Origin: Lama glama
Taxonomy: Eukaryota
Reading direction: 5' to 3'
Length of the DNA stretch: 64,000 nt
Assembly: GCA_028534125.1 (NCBI GenBank)
Contig: CM052817.1
Coordinates: forward strand, 81,904,001 to 81,968,000
Notes under the pieces: generated by a model
Database searches by the model: none
The model's input: the letters and a program-made list of their open reading frames with translations, nothing else
Told to the model about the DNA's origin: nothing
Position numbers and translations under genes: made by a program
In this document: in pieces, positions 39,861 to 52,520 of the stretch
Layout: every line of letters starts with the position of its first letter
Position numbering within the stretch: the stretch's first letter is position 1

Positions 39861-40729
39861 ACTGTATAATTTTGGAGACCTCACCATGTCCTAGGTATTT
39901 TGTTAAGTTCTGAGGCATTAGGCACTCTAGTTCTTATAAGGAGTGCACTTTAACATAGAAGGTAATTTTGCAGACTTGTAATTACAATACCTTGTAACAG
40001 GTGTAGTTTAAACCCAGGATGGGTGGAGAGAACAGCCTAGCCAGTGATACCTGCGGAGATCAGTAGAAGCTTCAAGTCACTGATGATTTTTGTAAAGAGA
40101 GAGAAGTGGTTTACGGACAAGTAAGGGGTGACAGACCTTCCAGGCAAAGACAGTGACAGGTGCCAAGGCCCAGAGCTGTGCAAAAGCAGTATCAGAAAAG
40201 TCGAGCTGTTTGGTGTGGCCGGTGGCTGTTAGGAACGGGCCTTGTTTGTACATCATTCGAGAAAATTCCCATTTCTTTCTGCATCTAACAGAAGAAACAA
40301 CTGAAATGTTTGAAGTTGGGTAATAATAACATGATTAATTTTACTTTAATAAGGTACATAATACTTTACATGTTATGAGTCCTCTCTCAATGTTGTAGGA
40401 AGTCATTTGGATACAGCGAAGCCTGAGTCAGTGAATGAAAGGGCCGTGGCCGTAACATGAACTGACTTGCTCAATGGCTCAGCTTCCACAGTGATACCGC
40501 CCCCCTTTCCTCAGAATCTCTCAACTTTCAGTTTGCCCACGGCATAACGCCCAGTCTGCATATTCCACTCCATAAACGACCCCGGCATCTTTCCAAGCTT
40601 ATTCTGCACAAATCTTCAGTATAGAGCCAGACTTTCAGCCTCACCAGGTCACTTTCTGCTCCTGGGGAAAGTATCTGTGCTTTCCCAAGCATTATGGCTT
40701 TGTTCAAGTCCTTCTCCATCCTTTTCCAT

Positions 40730-40944
40730 TCTGCAAACCGCAGCCTGCAAGTTAAAGTTGGCGCAGTGCCTACTTTTGTAAATAAAATGTTACTGGAACA
40801 TCCCCATGCCTATTTGTGTATGTGCCTATGGCTGCTTTTGCATTATGATGGCAAGTTGAGTGTTGCAGCAGAGACCTGATGGCCCAAAGAGCTGAAAATA
40901 TTTACTAATGTGTCCTTTACAGAAAAAAAAATTCTGACTCCCAG
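40730..40944. mobile_element. MER58A (hAT-Charlie) DNA transposon
   Basis: ttttgtaaataaaatgttactggaaca...tatggctgcttttgc...gagacctgatggccc...aaaatatttact...cctttacagaaaaa matches the recalled MER58A consensus. Confidence 0.85.
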
Positions 40945-41919
40945 CTTAGAACACTTTAATTCTCCCCTTGCAATACTGTTGTAAGATGGGTAACCCCTTT
41001 AAAACTTACCCTAAATTTATCCTTCTCCTCTTCATTATTCTATTCAAAAGTGGTCTCTTTGTCTTCTGAATTCCTAAAACAGTGCTTCTGAGAAATTGTA
41101 TAGCACTTAAACATACTGCCTGGCTTTGCATTTACTTTTCCAAGTATCTCTCTTGCATCTAAGGATGTAAACTTGAGGACAGAATTTTTAATCTACTTAT
41201 CCATGTCTCTAGCTATTATTACTTCATCCCTTTAACTAAATATACAGATGGATTATAACAGATTACATATAATAGATTATTATAATTATGTACATAGATA
41301 TACTCTGTTACGTGTATAAGCTTAAACTTTGACTTCTTGTCACATACTAATTACAATGCCAAGTGCTTGTCATAAGAAATTACACTTAATACTCAAATCA
41401 CCAAATGAATGAAATGCATATATGATCGGCACTTTGTAGAAAAGACTCAGAAAGGCTAAGAAATTTTATGAATGTAAGTACTTGAATGAGATCAAAATCC
41501 ATGTCCAGGGAAACTGTGCTCCGAAGTACAGTTTCTTAACTATTACAGAATGACTAGATTCCAGCAGTACACAGTGCAGTGCCTTACGATCCTAGTAAAT
41601 CTCAGGAAGAGGCAAAAAATCTTCAAAAAGTCAAATGGGGATATTTCAGCTTTATACATGCAATGATGATCAATTTAGATTTTAGATAATAATGATTTGT
41701 TTACGCCAGAAATTTGAAACAGTAATTTCTTATACTTAGGTCAGAAAATAAATTAACTCATTTGTTTGATTTGCATCGAACTAAATCATTATAAACCAAT
41801 TTTCCATCGATACATCTGAGCAAGAGTCCCTTTGGGCCTTACTGGCAGCTACCACGTTCCTGGTCTTCCCCACGCCACCCCCCCCCCACGCCAGGCTGCA
41901 CCCTGCCTTTCTTACACTG

Positions 41920-42150
41920 TAGGATAATGGAGAGCATGCGTGTTGAAGTCATAAAGACAAAAGTTCAAAGTCTGCATCTACCACTTATAGACTGTATGCT
42001 TCTCTGTGCAGTTATAGTAGCCTCCCTGAGGCTCAGATTCCTCATCTATAAAAAAATCGAAAGCAAAGCCAAACTGTTAGGATTGTTCTGAGGCTTAGAT
42101 GAGAGCGTATGTGAAAGGCCTCAGAGTGTGCTTGGTACACACTAAGAACA
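41920..42150 (+). mobile_element. MIR SINE
   Basis: ctaccacttatagactgt...ctcagattcctcatctataaaa...aggattgttctgagg...gtgcttggtacacactaag. Confidence 0.75.
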
Positions 42151-44359
42151 CAAAGAACACAGCAAGATGCTGCGAATCTGTAAAGAACGGCATAGATGCT
42201 TAGGTGTTGGGAAGATGGCACAAGACACCAAGTGACAAAGTGCATCACCTTGAGAGAAATTATTGTGGATCAGAGAAGCAGGAGACAGAGCCATGGAAGG
42301 ATGAGAAGTGAGACAAGACTCAAGCAGGGGAGGCGGGGAAAACCTGGGCTCATGACCTTGGCAGTCTATCCATTACGTGGTCCCCGTGCTTCTCTCTTCT
42401 CTTTCTTAACTTGTAAGTGTGTCTGCTTGAAACTGGTATTATAGATATTGCGAAATATTAGAGAATACCTCATATTTAAAATGCACTTATGAGACACTTG
42501 AGAAACAAGGAAGGTCTAGAAAAAATTAATTGCGTATCAACATGGCAATTTATTCCTTAATTTTTTTAAATAGTTAAATATATTACCTACTTTTAAACAG
42601 ACACTCTTATGCACAGTAGCATAAAATACAAGGTTCCTTAATGAATTATTTAGTTCAACCTGAACTAGAACAGACATCATTTGCCTTTCAACACACTGTT
42701 CCGTCTAATATACCACAAGTATTCTCATATACGAAACATCCAAATCAACTATGCATGGCATTTTGCATCCTTCTTATTTTTATTTGTGAGTGCTTAAGGG
42801 AACAAATATTTGATTGACCCTTGGTCTTTGCTGTCATAAAGCTGTAAGAAAGCTTGAGGCACTATGAATTACTTTTTTCCCACTATTAATTATTTGGTCA
42901 TTTCTACAACTACTGATAGAAACAAAGTTTCCCAAAATAAAGTCACCTGAGTCTCATAATCCAGGGTTCTACAGACTTCCTCGACAAGGCCAGGCAATAT
43001 GATTATTTCATGAGTTCTGCATTTCTAACTTTAAGAAAACGTTTACAAAGTTCTGATATTTGTATTTTGATAAATGAAATGGATGTTTTCTACTGTATAT
43101 GGGTGGTACTGATACTTAATAAAGAGTCCCTTCTGGCCCAGAAAGTGCAGCCAGTACTCACTCACTCCTGCCCTCGGCGTGTGGGTAGCCGGAAGCTGTT
43201 CGGATCTCAGTGACAGCAAGCACTTTATCAATATTGAAACACTCTCAACCAAACTCCCTCTCTATTCTGTTTCTATTCAGCTATCATTTTATAGAGTCTC
43301 TATTTAAAAAAAAACACAGCTCCCCAATAGTCCACACTTCTCTAAAAAAAGATGAAGATGCCAAAATGTTTGTTTCAAATCATGAACTTTAAAACAGGAG
43401 GAATGTGCACTCTGCTGGCTGGGATGTAAGGTTTTTTTCCTGCCGTTTCTGTTAGACACTTGCTGTTGCTATGTTTTTATGGACACAAACCAAACTACAA
43501 AATCATCAGTTAGTTCGAGCAGGGGCATTTTCTTTGTTGGTATAAAGGAGAAGACTTTTAAAGACATCTATTTCCTTGCAACCCTCCAACTTGAAAAACT
43601 ATGGACCAAAGCCAGTTTCTGAATCTTCAAGCTTGGCTACTTCTTTCTGAGCTGATCTCTCGGTAATATATACAGATAGCTTTTTTTTCCTTCAGAAAGA
43701 AGAGAGAAGCTGTTCTCAGTGGAAACTCCTGCTCGCTAACCAATCTGGCTAGCATCAAAAATCCATGAAGATGTCATACCTCTCCTTACAACAAGAAAGC
43801 AAAGCAGCATAGCCATATGAGGAACGGCAAATGAGAGAATCAGTAACTAGGAATGTCTCTGTATAAATAATCAGTTCTTGAGTTGTTCTGGATCATCAGT
43901 ATGTGTCAAATACACAGCGTTTGGTCTTTAAAGAATAAGATCTTCAACTGATCTTTTCTGGTGTATTATGGTGCACAGCAGAAAAATAATTTCTAGATTC
44001 ATTTAACAGATGTTCATTTGTGATGCTGGCCACTAACCACGGTATTAGAGCAAGGCCCTGATTTATGCTTTCAGGCTCGCTTATTTAAAACACAGTAGTC
44101 TTCTGGGTATATTTTGGGGACTTGCATGATTTGAGAAGCACACAGGCCTTGTGAGGACCTGCTGGAGGTCATAGGATGTCTCACGATAAAGATTGTTAAT
44201 GTGATGTTCTGATAAAGGTGAACTAGCCATACCTTTCATTGTTTGACCTCACTTGTAATGTTCTCCTTGACGTTTCTGCTCAAGTTTTTAAATCATAGTA
44301 AATAGATGCTACAGCATTAAACCTGGAAGAAATATACCCATGTCTGTTCTCGGTTTTAG

Positions 44360-44610
44360 TTATAGGATCATTGGTGGAAATTCTCAGTTCACCATCAACC
44401 CATCCACAGGACAGATCATCACCAGTGCATTGCTAGACAGGGAAGCAAAAGAGAATTACACGTTGGTCGTCGTCTCCAGTGATGCTGGGTCTCCAGAGCC
44501 TCTTTCCAGCTCCACCAGTGTGCTCGTCACTGTGACCGATGTCAATGATAACCCGCCAAGATTTCAGCATCACCCATATGTCACGCACATCCCATCTCCT
44601 ACTCCTCCAG
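44360..44610 (+). CDS. FAT4: FAT4 internal coding exon (251 bp, phase 2/1; possible alternative start 44366): SYRIIGGNSQF...HIPSPTPP
   Basis: Acceptor ggttttag|ttatag|g with two in-frame AGs; donor CAG|gtaact; LDRE and DVNDNPP motifs. Confidence 0.95.
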
Positions 44611-45901
44611 GTAACTAGACCTTCTCCGAGTTCTCATAGATAAATAAAAAAATATATGTTGGACATTTTCTATCATTGCATTTTTGTTATGTTTACATGT
44701 ACATTTCTGATATAACCTAAGTTTGCAAATCCTATAAAACCCAATTCTTGCCTAAAGAAATTGAAAGAACATTGAATCTTTTACATTAATTCTTTCTTCC
44801 CAGACCAATTATATTTAAGATTTTGTAATTGCCACATCTTTCCTAGTGCTGTTTCTTAATTTTACTTGAATATTGCTAAATATTAAAATGGATTTCACTT
44901 CATAGTCAAGGAGGGTTCTGTGCTGAAATGTAACTTGTGTTCCCCAGTAGGAGGGGCATTATTTCTTTTTTCATGCCCTACCCTAGCACCTGAAACATTG
45001 TCTGTGAGGTAAAAAGCATTCAACAATATTTGTTGGTGGAAAATGAATATTTTATTCAATGCTTCACAGATTTTCAAAAGGCTCACTGAAGGAATCATTC
45101 TAATTGATTATTACTATAAATACTATTTTATCCTGGTTTTGATGGGTGTAGTCTTTTTCTGTTAGTAAGTGTATGGAGATGTTAATGAATCATTTTCATA
45201 TTGACAATATGCGTTTATCTTTCTGCATCTCTTTTAAATTTAGTTTAGTTTTATTTGCTTGTTTGCAAAGAATGGCCTAGTTTCATAAGAACTGCATGGG
45301 TCATCTACCATTGGTAATTCCTGAAATGAATTTTCAAACAGGAGAATATACAAATGAAAGCCACAATTAATTCAATTTTCCTTGCTTTAAAATATCTTTA
45401 ATCAGAAAAGAGTAGATCCAAGATTTCCCCTCTAGTGATCTTTGATCTTCTATTCACGTCAGGAGATCTAATTGATACCAATTGAAAGTATAAAATCCAT
45501 AAACTTTCATGCCAACTTTCTATCAAAAGAAATGCCAATATCAAAGCCATAAGGTCTTCAGTTGCAATGATTCTAATGACATCTGATGTGTGGTGATGCA
45601 ATAGAGCATCTCCTATACAATTAAATAAGGTTTTAGCATTTTTTCCTCACTAGACATACTGTAATTAATCAGAACCACTAACTTTCTTTTTTTCCACTGA
45701 AAGACATCTCACTTGTATCACAAACTTTCTGTAGGGGTAGGAGTGCAGGTTTGGGAAAGGTTTCTGAATAAATATATCAAAAATATGTCCTATGGCAACT
45801 ACAATCTATTCCATTGGCCCTCATCCCAAACATTAAGTTTTGGAATCCTAATTGAGTCCATTCTTTCTCAATTCTTATTACTTGCTAGTTTATAATTGTA
45901 C

Positions 45902-45956
45902 ATATATATATATGTATGTATGTATGTATGTGTATACACACACACACACACACACA
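45902..45956. repeat. Compound (TA)n(TATG)n(CA)n microsatellite
   Basis: Read directly from the sequence. Confidence 0.9.
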
Positions 45957-46521
45957 TTTATCTCCATATGGTAATATCTAACAGAAGAGTTTTGCTATAA
46001 AAACAATTAGTACAAGGAATCAACAGTAATTTTTAAAACATATTATTTTTGTTGACATGCTTACCTAAAAGGTAATTCAACAATATTTTAAGACATAATA
46101 GAGCAATTATCTTTTTTCATTGGGCAGAAACATAGTTCTTTGCAGAACTCACGTGTTACTGTGTTTGTTGTCAGTTATGTACAGATTTTTCTCCTGGGAA
46201 CTATAATTCGAAATGATTAGCCATTGCTCTTCCCTGTGTTTCTCTCAAAGGTGTACTGAAAAATATTAAATTCAGTAGACTGTGTGGGGTTTAGTGAGAT
46301 AATGGCAGGTCAGTCCCTGAAGACTTGCTAAATAGACTTGACTTGGGAATTTCAGAGACAATCTAGGAGATACTGTTCTCCCCTAGTAATCATGAGAAAA
46401 TAAAGTTATATCAGGTAGCCATGTAGTGTTTTATATATGGCTTTAATACAGTGTTTTCACTTACTACCAAGTGCTTTAACTGGTTCCATGTGATTATAAT
46501 TGGAAACTGCCTCTTTTACAG

Positions 46522-49500
46522 GTTCCTTTGTCTTTGCGGTTACAGTCACGGATGCTGATATTGGGCCCAATTCTGAACTACATTATTCTCTTTCGGGTAG
46601 AAACTCTGAAAAATTTCACATTGACCCACTGAGAGGAGCTATTATGGCAGCTGGACCACTAAATGGAGCTTCTGAAGTAACATTTTCTGTACATGTGAAA
46701 GACGGTGGCTCGTTTCCAAAGACAGATTCTACAACAGTGACTGTCCGGTTTGTGAACAAAGCAGATTTCCCAAAAGTCAGAGCCAAAGAACAGACTTTCA
46801 TGTTTCCTGAAAACCAACCAGTAGGCACTCTTGTCACGACCATTACGGGGTCCTCCTTGAGAGGAGAGCCTTTGTCCTATTATATTGCAAGTGGGAATCT
46901 TGGCAGCACTTTCCAAATTGATCAGTTAACAGGGCAGGTGTCCATCAGTCAACCTCTGGATTTTGAAAACATACAAAAATACGTTGTATGGATAGAGGCC
47001 AGAGATGGAGGTTTCCCGCCTTTCTCCTCTTATGAGAAACTTGACATAACAGTGTTAGATGTCAATGATAATTCTCCAGTTTTTAAGGAAGATCCATTTG
47101 TATCTGAAATATTGGAAAACCTGTCTCCTCGAAAAATACTTACTGTTTCTGCAATGGACAAGGACAGTGGACCCAATGGACAGCTAGATTATGAAATTGT
47201 TAATGGCAACACAGAACATAGTTTCAGTATCAATCATGCCACTGGTGAAATTAGAAGCATTCGACCTTTAGACAGGGAAAAAATATCTCAATATGTCCTT
47301 ACCATAAAGTCCTCAGACAAAGGTTCCCCTTCTCAGAGTACCTCGGTGAAGGTCATCATTAACATTTTAGATGAAAATGATAATGCCCCTAGGTTTTCTC
47401 AAATATTCAGTGCCCATGTTCCTGAAAATTCCCCGTTAGGCTACACAGTCACACGTGTGACAACTTCTGATGAAGACATTGGTGTAAATGCAATTAGCAG
47501 ATACTCTATAATGGACACAAGTCTTCCGTTTACAATTAATCCCAACACTGGGGATATTGTCATTAGTAGACCTTTAAATAGAGAAGATACAGACCGTTAC
47601 AGAATCCGAGTTTCTGCACATGATTCTGGGTGGACCGTAAGTACAGATGTCACGATATTTGTCACAGATGTCAATGACAATGCCCCAAGATTTAGCAGGC
47701 CGTCCTATTATTTAGACTGCCCTGAACTTACTGAAATTGGCTCCAAAGTGACTCAGGTATCTGCCACGGATCCTGATGAGGGATCAAATGGACAAGTGTT
47801 TTATTTCATAAAATCTCAGTCAGAGTACTTCAGGATTAATGCCACCACAGGAGAGATTTTCAATAAGCAGGTCTTAAAATACCAAAACATCAGTGGCTTC
47901 AGTAATGTGAACATCAATAGACATAGTTTTATAGTGACATCTTCAGATCGAGGTAATCCTTCATTACTTAGCGAGACAACGGTCACCATCAACACAGTGG
48001 ACAGTAATGACAATGCACCACAGTTTCTTACAACTAAATATTTCACTCCAGTCACCAAAAATGTTAAAGTTGGTACGAAATTAATCAAAGTCACTGCAGT
48101 AGATGATAAAGATTTTGGACTGAATTCCGAAGTGGAGTATTTCATTTCTGATGAAAATCACTTGGGAAAATTTAAGTTAGACAATAATACAGGGTGGATT
48201 TCAGTAGCATCTTCCCTGATATCTGACTTGAATCAAAACTTTTTGATCACTGTCACTGCAAAGGATAAAGGAAACCCTCCACTTTCATCCCAAGCAACCG
48301 TTCAAATAATTGTCACTGAGGAAAACTACCATACGCCTGAATTCTCTCAAAGCCACATGAGCACAACTATCCCTGAAAGCCACAGTGTCGGGTCCATTGT
48401 CAGAACAGTCTCTGCAAGAGACAGAGACACGGCTATGAATGGCTTGATTAGGTATAGTATTTCCTCAGGAAATGAAGAAGGCATCTTTGCAATCAATTCC
48501 TCCACGGGTATATTAACACTCGCCAAAGCTCTTGATTATGAGCTATGCCAGAAACATGAAATGACTATCAGTGCTACAGATGGAGGATGGGTTGCAAGGA
48601 CTGGTTACTGCAGTGTCACTGTAAATGTGGTTGATGTGAATGACAATTCTCCAGTATTCCTCCCTGATGAATATTTCCCCACTGTTCTGGAAAATGCCCC
48701 AAGTGGGACAACAGTTATCCACCTAAATGCAACAGATGCTGACTCTGGAACCAACGCCGTGATTGCATATACCGTACAGTCCTCTGACAGTGACCTCTTT
48801 GTCATTGACCCCAACACAGGCGTCCTCACCACTCAAGGCTTCTTGGATTTTGAAACCAAGCAGAGCTACCACCTTACAGTGAAAGCTTTCAATGTCCCCG
48901 ATGAAGAACGGTGCAGTTTTGCCACTGTTAACATACAATTAAAAGGGACAAATGAATACGTGCCTCGTTTTGTTTCCAAACTTTACTATTTTGAAATCTC
49001 AGAAGCAGCTCCCAAAGGCACTATCGTTGGAGAAGTGTTTGCCAGTGATCGTGATTTGGGCACTGATGGGGAGGTACATTATTTGATTTTTGGAAACAGT
49101 AGAAAGAAGGGTTTCCAGATCAACAAGAAGACTGGACAAATTTATGTTTCTGGACTTCTGGATAGAGAAAAAGAAGAAAGGGTATCGTTGAAGGTACTGG
49201 CCAAGAATTTTGGTAGCATCAGGGGTGCAGACATAGATGAGGTCACTGTAAATGTCACCGTGCTTGATGCCAACGACCCACCTGTTTTTAGCCTAAACAC
49301 CTACAGCGTTCAGATCAGTGAAGGGGTCCCTACGGGAACTCATGTGACCTTTGTCAGTGCCTTTGACTCAGACTCTGTTCCCAGCTGGAGTAGGTTTTCT
49401 TACTTCATCGGATCAGGGAATGAAAATGGTGCCTTTTCCATTAACCCCCAGACAGGACAGATCACCGTGACTGCAGAATTAGATCGAGAAACCCTACCCA

Positions 49501-50871
49501 TCTATAATCTCACAGTTTTGGCTGTGGATTCAGGGACCCCCTCAGCTACAGGAAGTGCCTCCTTATTGGTCACCCTGGAAGATATAAATGATAATGGGCC
49601 TATGTTGACTATCTATGAGGGAGAAGTGATGGAAAACAAACGCCCAGGAACTCTGGTGATGACCCTACAGTCCACTGATCCCGATCTCCCTCCAAATCAA
49701 GGCCCCTTTACCTATTACTTGCTGAGCACGGGTCCTGCCACCAATTATTTTAGTCTGACCACTGCTGGAGTTCTGAGCACAACCAGAGAGATTGACAGAG
49801 AGCAGATTGCAGACTTCTATCTGTCTGTGGTTACTCGGGATTCTGGCGTTCCTCAGATGTCTTCCACGGGAACCGTGCACATCACTGTCATAGACCAAAA
49901 CGACAACCCTTCGCAGTCTCGGACAGTGGAGATATTTGTTAATTATTATGGCAACTTGTTTCCTGGCGGGATTTTAGGTTCTGTGAAGCCACAGGATCCC
50001 GACGTGTTAGACACCTTCCACTGCTCCCTGACTTCGGGAGTTACAAGCCTCTTCAGTATTCCAAGGGGCACTTGCGATCTGAATTCCCAGCCGAGGTCCA
50101 CAGACGGCACATTTGATCTGACAGTCCTCAGCAATGATGGTGTTCACAGCGCCGTCACGAGCAACATCCGAGTTTTCTTTGCTGGATTTTCCAACGCGAC
50201 GGTGGATAACAGCATCCTACTGCGTCTCGGAGTACCAACAGTCAAGGACTTCTTGACGAACCACTACCTTCATTTCTTGCGCATCGCCAGCTCACAGCTG
50301 ACCGGCCTCGGGACGGCCGTGCAACTCTATGGTGCGTACGAAGGGAACAACAGAACGTTTCTCTTGGCAGCTGTGAAGCGGAACCATAATCAGTACGTGA
50401 ATCCCAGTGGTGTAGCCACCTTCTTTGAAAGCATCAGAGAGATCCTCCTCCGGCAGAGTGGAGTAAAGGTAGAATCTGTGGATCACGACGCGTGCGCTCA
50501 CGGCCCCTGTCTGAACGGGGGGAGCTGTGTAAGGAGATTGGCCGTGAGCTCCGAATCGAAGAGCCACGAGAGCCTTCCAGTAATCATCGTGGCAAATGAA
50601 GCTTTGCAGCCTTTCTTATGCAAGTGTCTGCCAGGCTATGCCGGCAGCTGGTGTGAAATAGATATAGACGAGTGCCTCCCATCCCCTTGCCACAATGGGG
50701 GGACCTGTCACAATTTGGTGGGAGGATTTTCGTGCAGCTGCCCAGATGGCTTCACTGGCCGGGCCTGTGAGAGAGATATCAACGAGTGCCTGCCTAGTCC
50801 CTGCAAGAACGGCGCTGTCTGCCAGAACTTCCCAGGAAGCTTCAATTGTGTTTGCAAAACTGGATACACAG
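46522..50871 (+). CDS. FAT4: FAT4 giant internal exon (4350 bp, phase 1/1): about 11 cadherin repeats, membrane-adjacent domain, three EGF-like repeats
   Basis: Uninterrupted 1471-aa ORF; acceptor ctcttttacag; donor CAG|gtatga; repeated DxNDNxP, LDRE/LDFE/LDYE and DxD motifs followed by Ca-binding EGF motifs (DIDECLPSPC, DINECLPSPC); sequence recognisable as FAT4. Confidence 0.98.
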
Positions 50872-50999
50872 GTATGACAATGTTTGGCTTTTTTTTTCCC
50901 CCAACAAGACTTTAGCCATATCAAGTATCATGGAAAGTCATGAACTTTGTCATTTTTCAATGAGTTTTCCTAGGTATAGGCATAATCACAGAAAATACT

Positions 51000-51235
51000 G
51001 TAAGCATTTATTAATAGCCAAACTCTGTTCTACGTGCTTTGTCCATATTTACTTCACTTACTTCTTACAAGAAACCTGTAAGGTAGGGATAATGATTTTC
51101 CAGTTTTTACAGACAAGGAAGCTGACACAGAGGGAAGTTGAGTCAGTTTTCTTAAATGATCCAGCTGATTTGTTGCAGACTCAGGATGTAAGCAACACAG
51201 TTCGTGCCGGAGTGTCAGCTCATAGTCCCTCTGCT
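51000..51235 (-). mobile_element. MIR SINE
   Basis: cttacaagaaacctgtaaggtagg...ttttacagacaaggaagctgacacagagggaagttgag. Confidence 0.75.
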
Positions 51236-52329
51236 AAGAGTCTTGTACAAGAGCACAGAGAGCGTCATACTTCAAAAAAGTGATCTCAAGTTAAAGGACA
51301 CGGTATATTTTAAGCATTAGATCCAGACCATTTTATGTCCTAAGTTAACTGTTAACAATTATTATTGTTAATCCCTTCATTTTAGCACCATCATTTTTAT
51401 GATTTTGGTCATAATTGTCATTATGATTGTTGAAATTTGATCCACACTGTGAACAGAATGCGACAAAAGTTGTCATTTAGATTTAGATTAAAGTGCCTTG
51501 TTATTTCTAGTAGTTGGGTAGAAAGCATCAAGGCTAATTTCTCAGGTAACTCAGAGCAAAACTGAACCACAACTTATTTGGACTTTGTTTATTATTTATT
51601 TATTTATTTAAAGTAATAGCAAGTTTACTCAGGGAGATGGACAATCCATAGACAGAGTGCAAGCCGTCTCCAAGGGCAAGAGAGGGAGAGGCCAGAGGGT
51701 TAGGAGATATACATTCTGTAGGCAGAATACAGTCTGTCTCACTCAGAAGGAAGAGTGGCTACCTTGACATTTTAGAAGCAGAATTAAACATATAGATCAA
51801 AATTATTTGCCTAGTCTTTGGCATCCTGACAGGACATAATGTATGTATATCTCATCTGTTCCTATCTCTAATATCTATCTCTCTATCTAACCATCACCTA
51901 CTTATTAGCTGATTGATGGTTGGTGCACCTTCAAAAGTATATAAATTTATGCTGTTGATAAGTTGAAGGAGAGAAAATATCTCTCCTGTAATTTGCACAC
52001 TGTATAGTTTTAGAACATATATTGGATTGCTCTGTGGTGTTTATAAACACAATTTAAAGTGCAGTGAAATAGGTAAAACTAGGATACATTTTTTTTTAAA
52101 TTTTGTAGATGTTTTGCAGAATGCTATTTTAAAAGAATTTTTAAAGAAACTATGTTTGAATATTATATTTTAACAAGTTACCCATCATGTGTTTACTTAC
52201 ACATATTTTTGAGAATTGAATTGGTCTATGGTGATATAAAACAAATTTGAATAAGCTAAAGCAGATCACGCAAGCTTTGTCTTCTAATAAAATAATGTCC
52301 TTGAAGTGTAAGTGAAGAAAAGGGACAGT

Positions 52330-52520
52330 AAGCATGCGTATGGCAAGAATCAAGGGATTTGACAGGACCTGATTTAGCTATAGGTTTTGGGAAGTCACCT
52401 GATCTTGCTGATCTTCAATTCCCCCATCTGTAAAAAGAGAATAATCATAGTTACTTACCTTTTAGGGTTGTTATAAAGAGAAAGACAATGTTTGTAAGAC
52501 ACCGAGCAGCGCTCAACTTG
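52330..52520 (+). mobile_element. MIR SINE
   Basis: gggaagtcacctgatct...cttcaattcccccatctgtaaaaagagaataatcatagttacttaccttttagggttgtt. Confidence 0.75.

Noticed and set aside
44611..44660. Intronic poly(A) site after the 251-bp exon (AATAAA at 44643-44648)
   Set aside because: The hexamer is part of an A-rich run in AT-rich intron and has no other support.
50872..50915. C-terminus MTMFGFFFPPTRL as the real end of the protein
   Set aside because: It is intron read-through past a good donor at 50872. The EGF repeat is completed only by the exon at 62180, and no AATAAA was seen close behind the stop.
46616..50924. Antisense ORFs overlapping the giant exon (also 7764-8000, 15741-16073, 16211-16411, 35136-35399)
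   Set aside because: Short shadow frames of the FAT4 coding strand with no domain signal.
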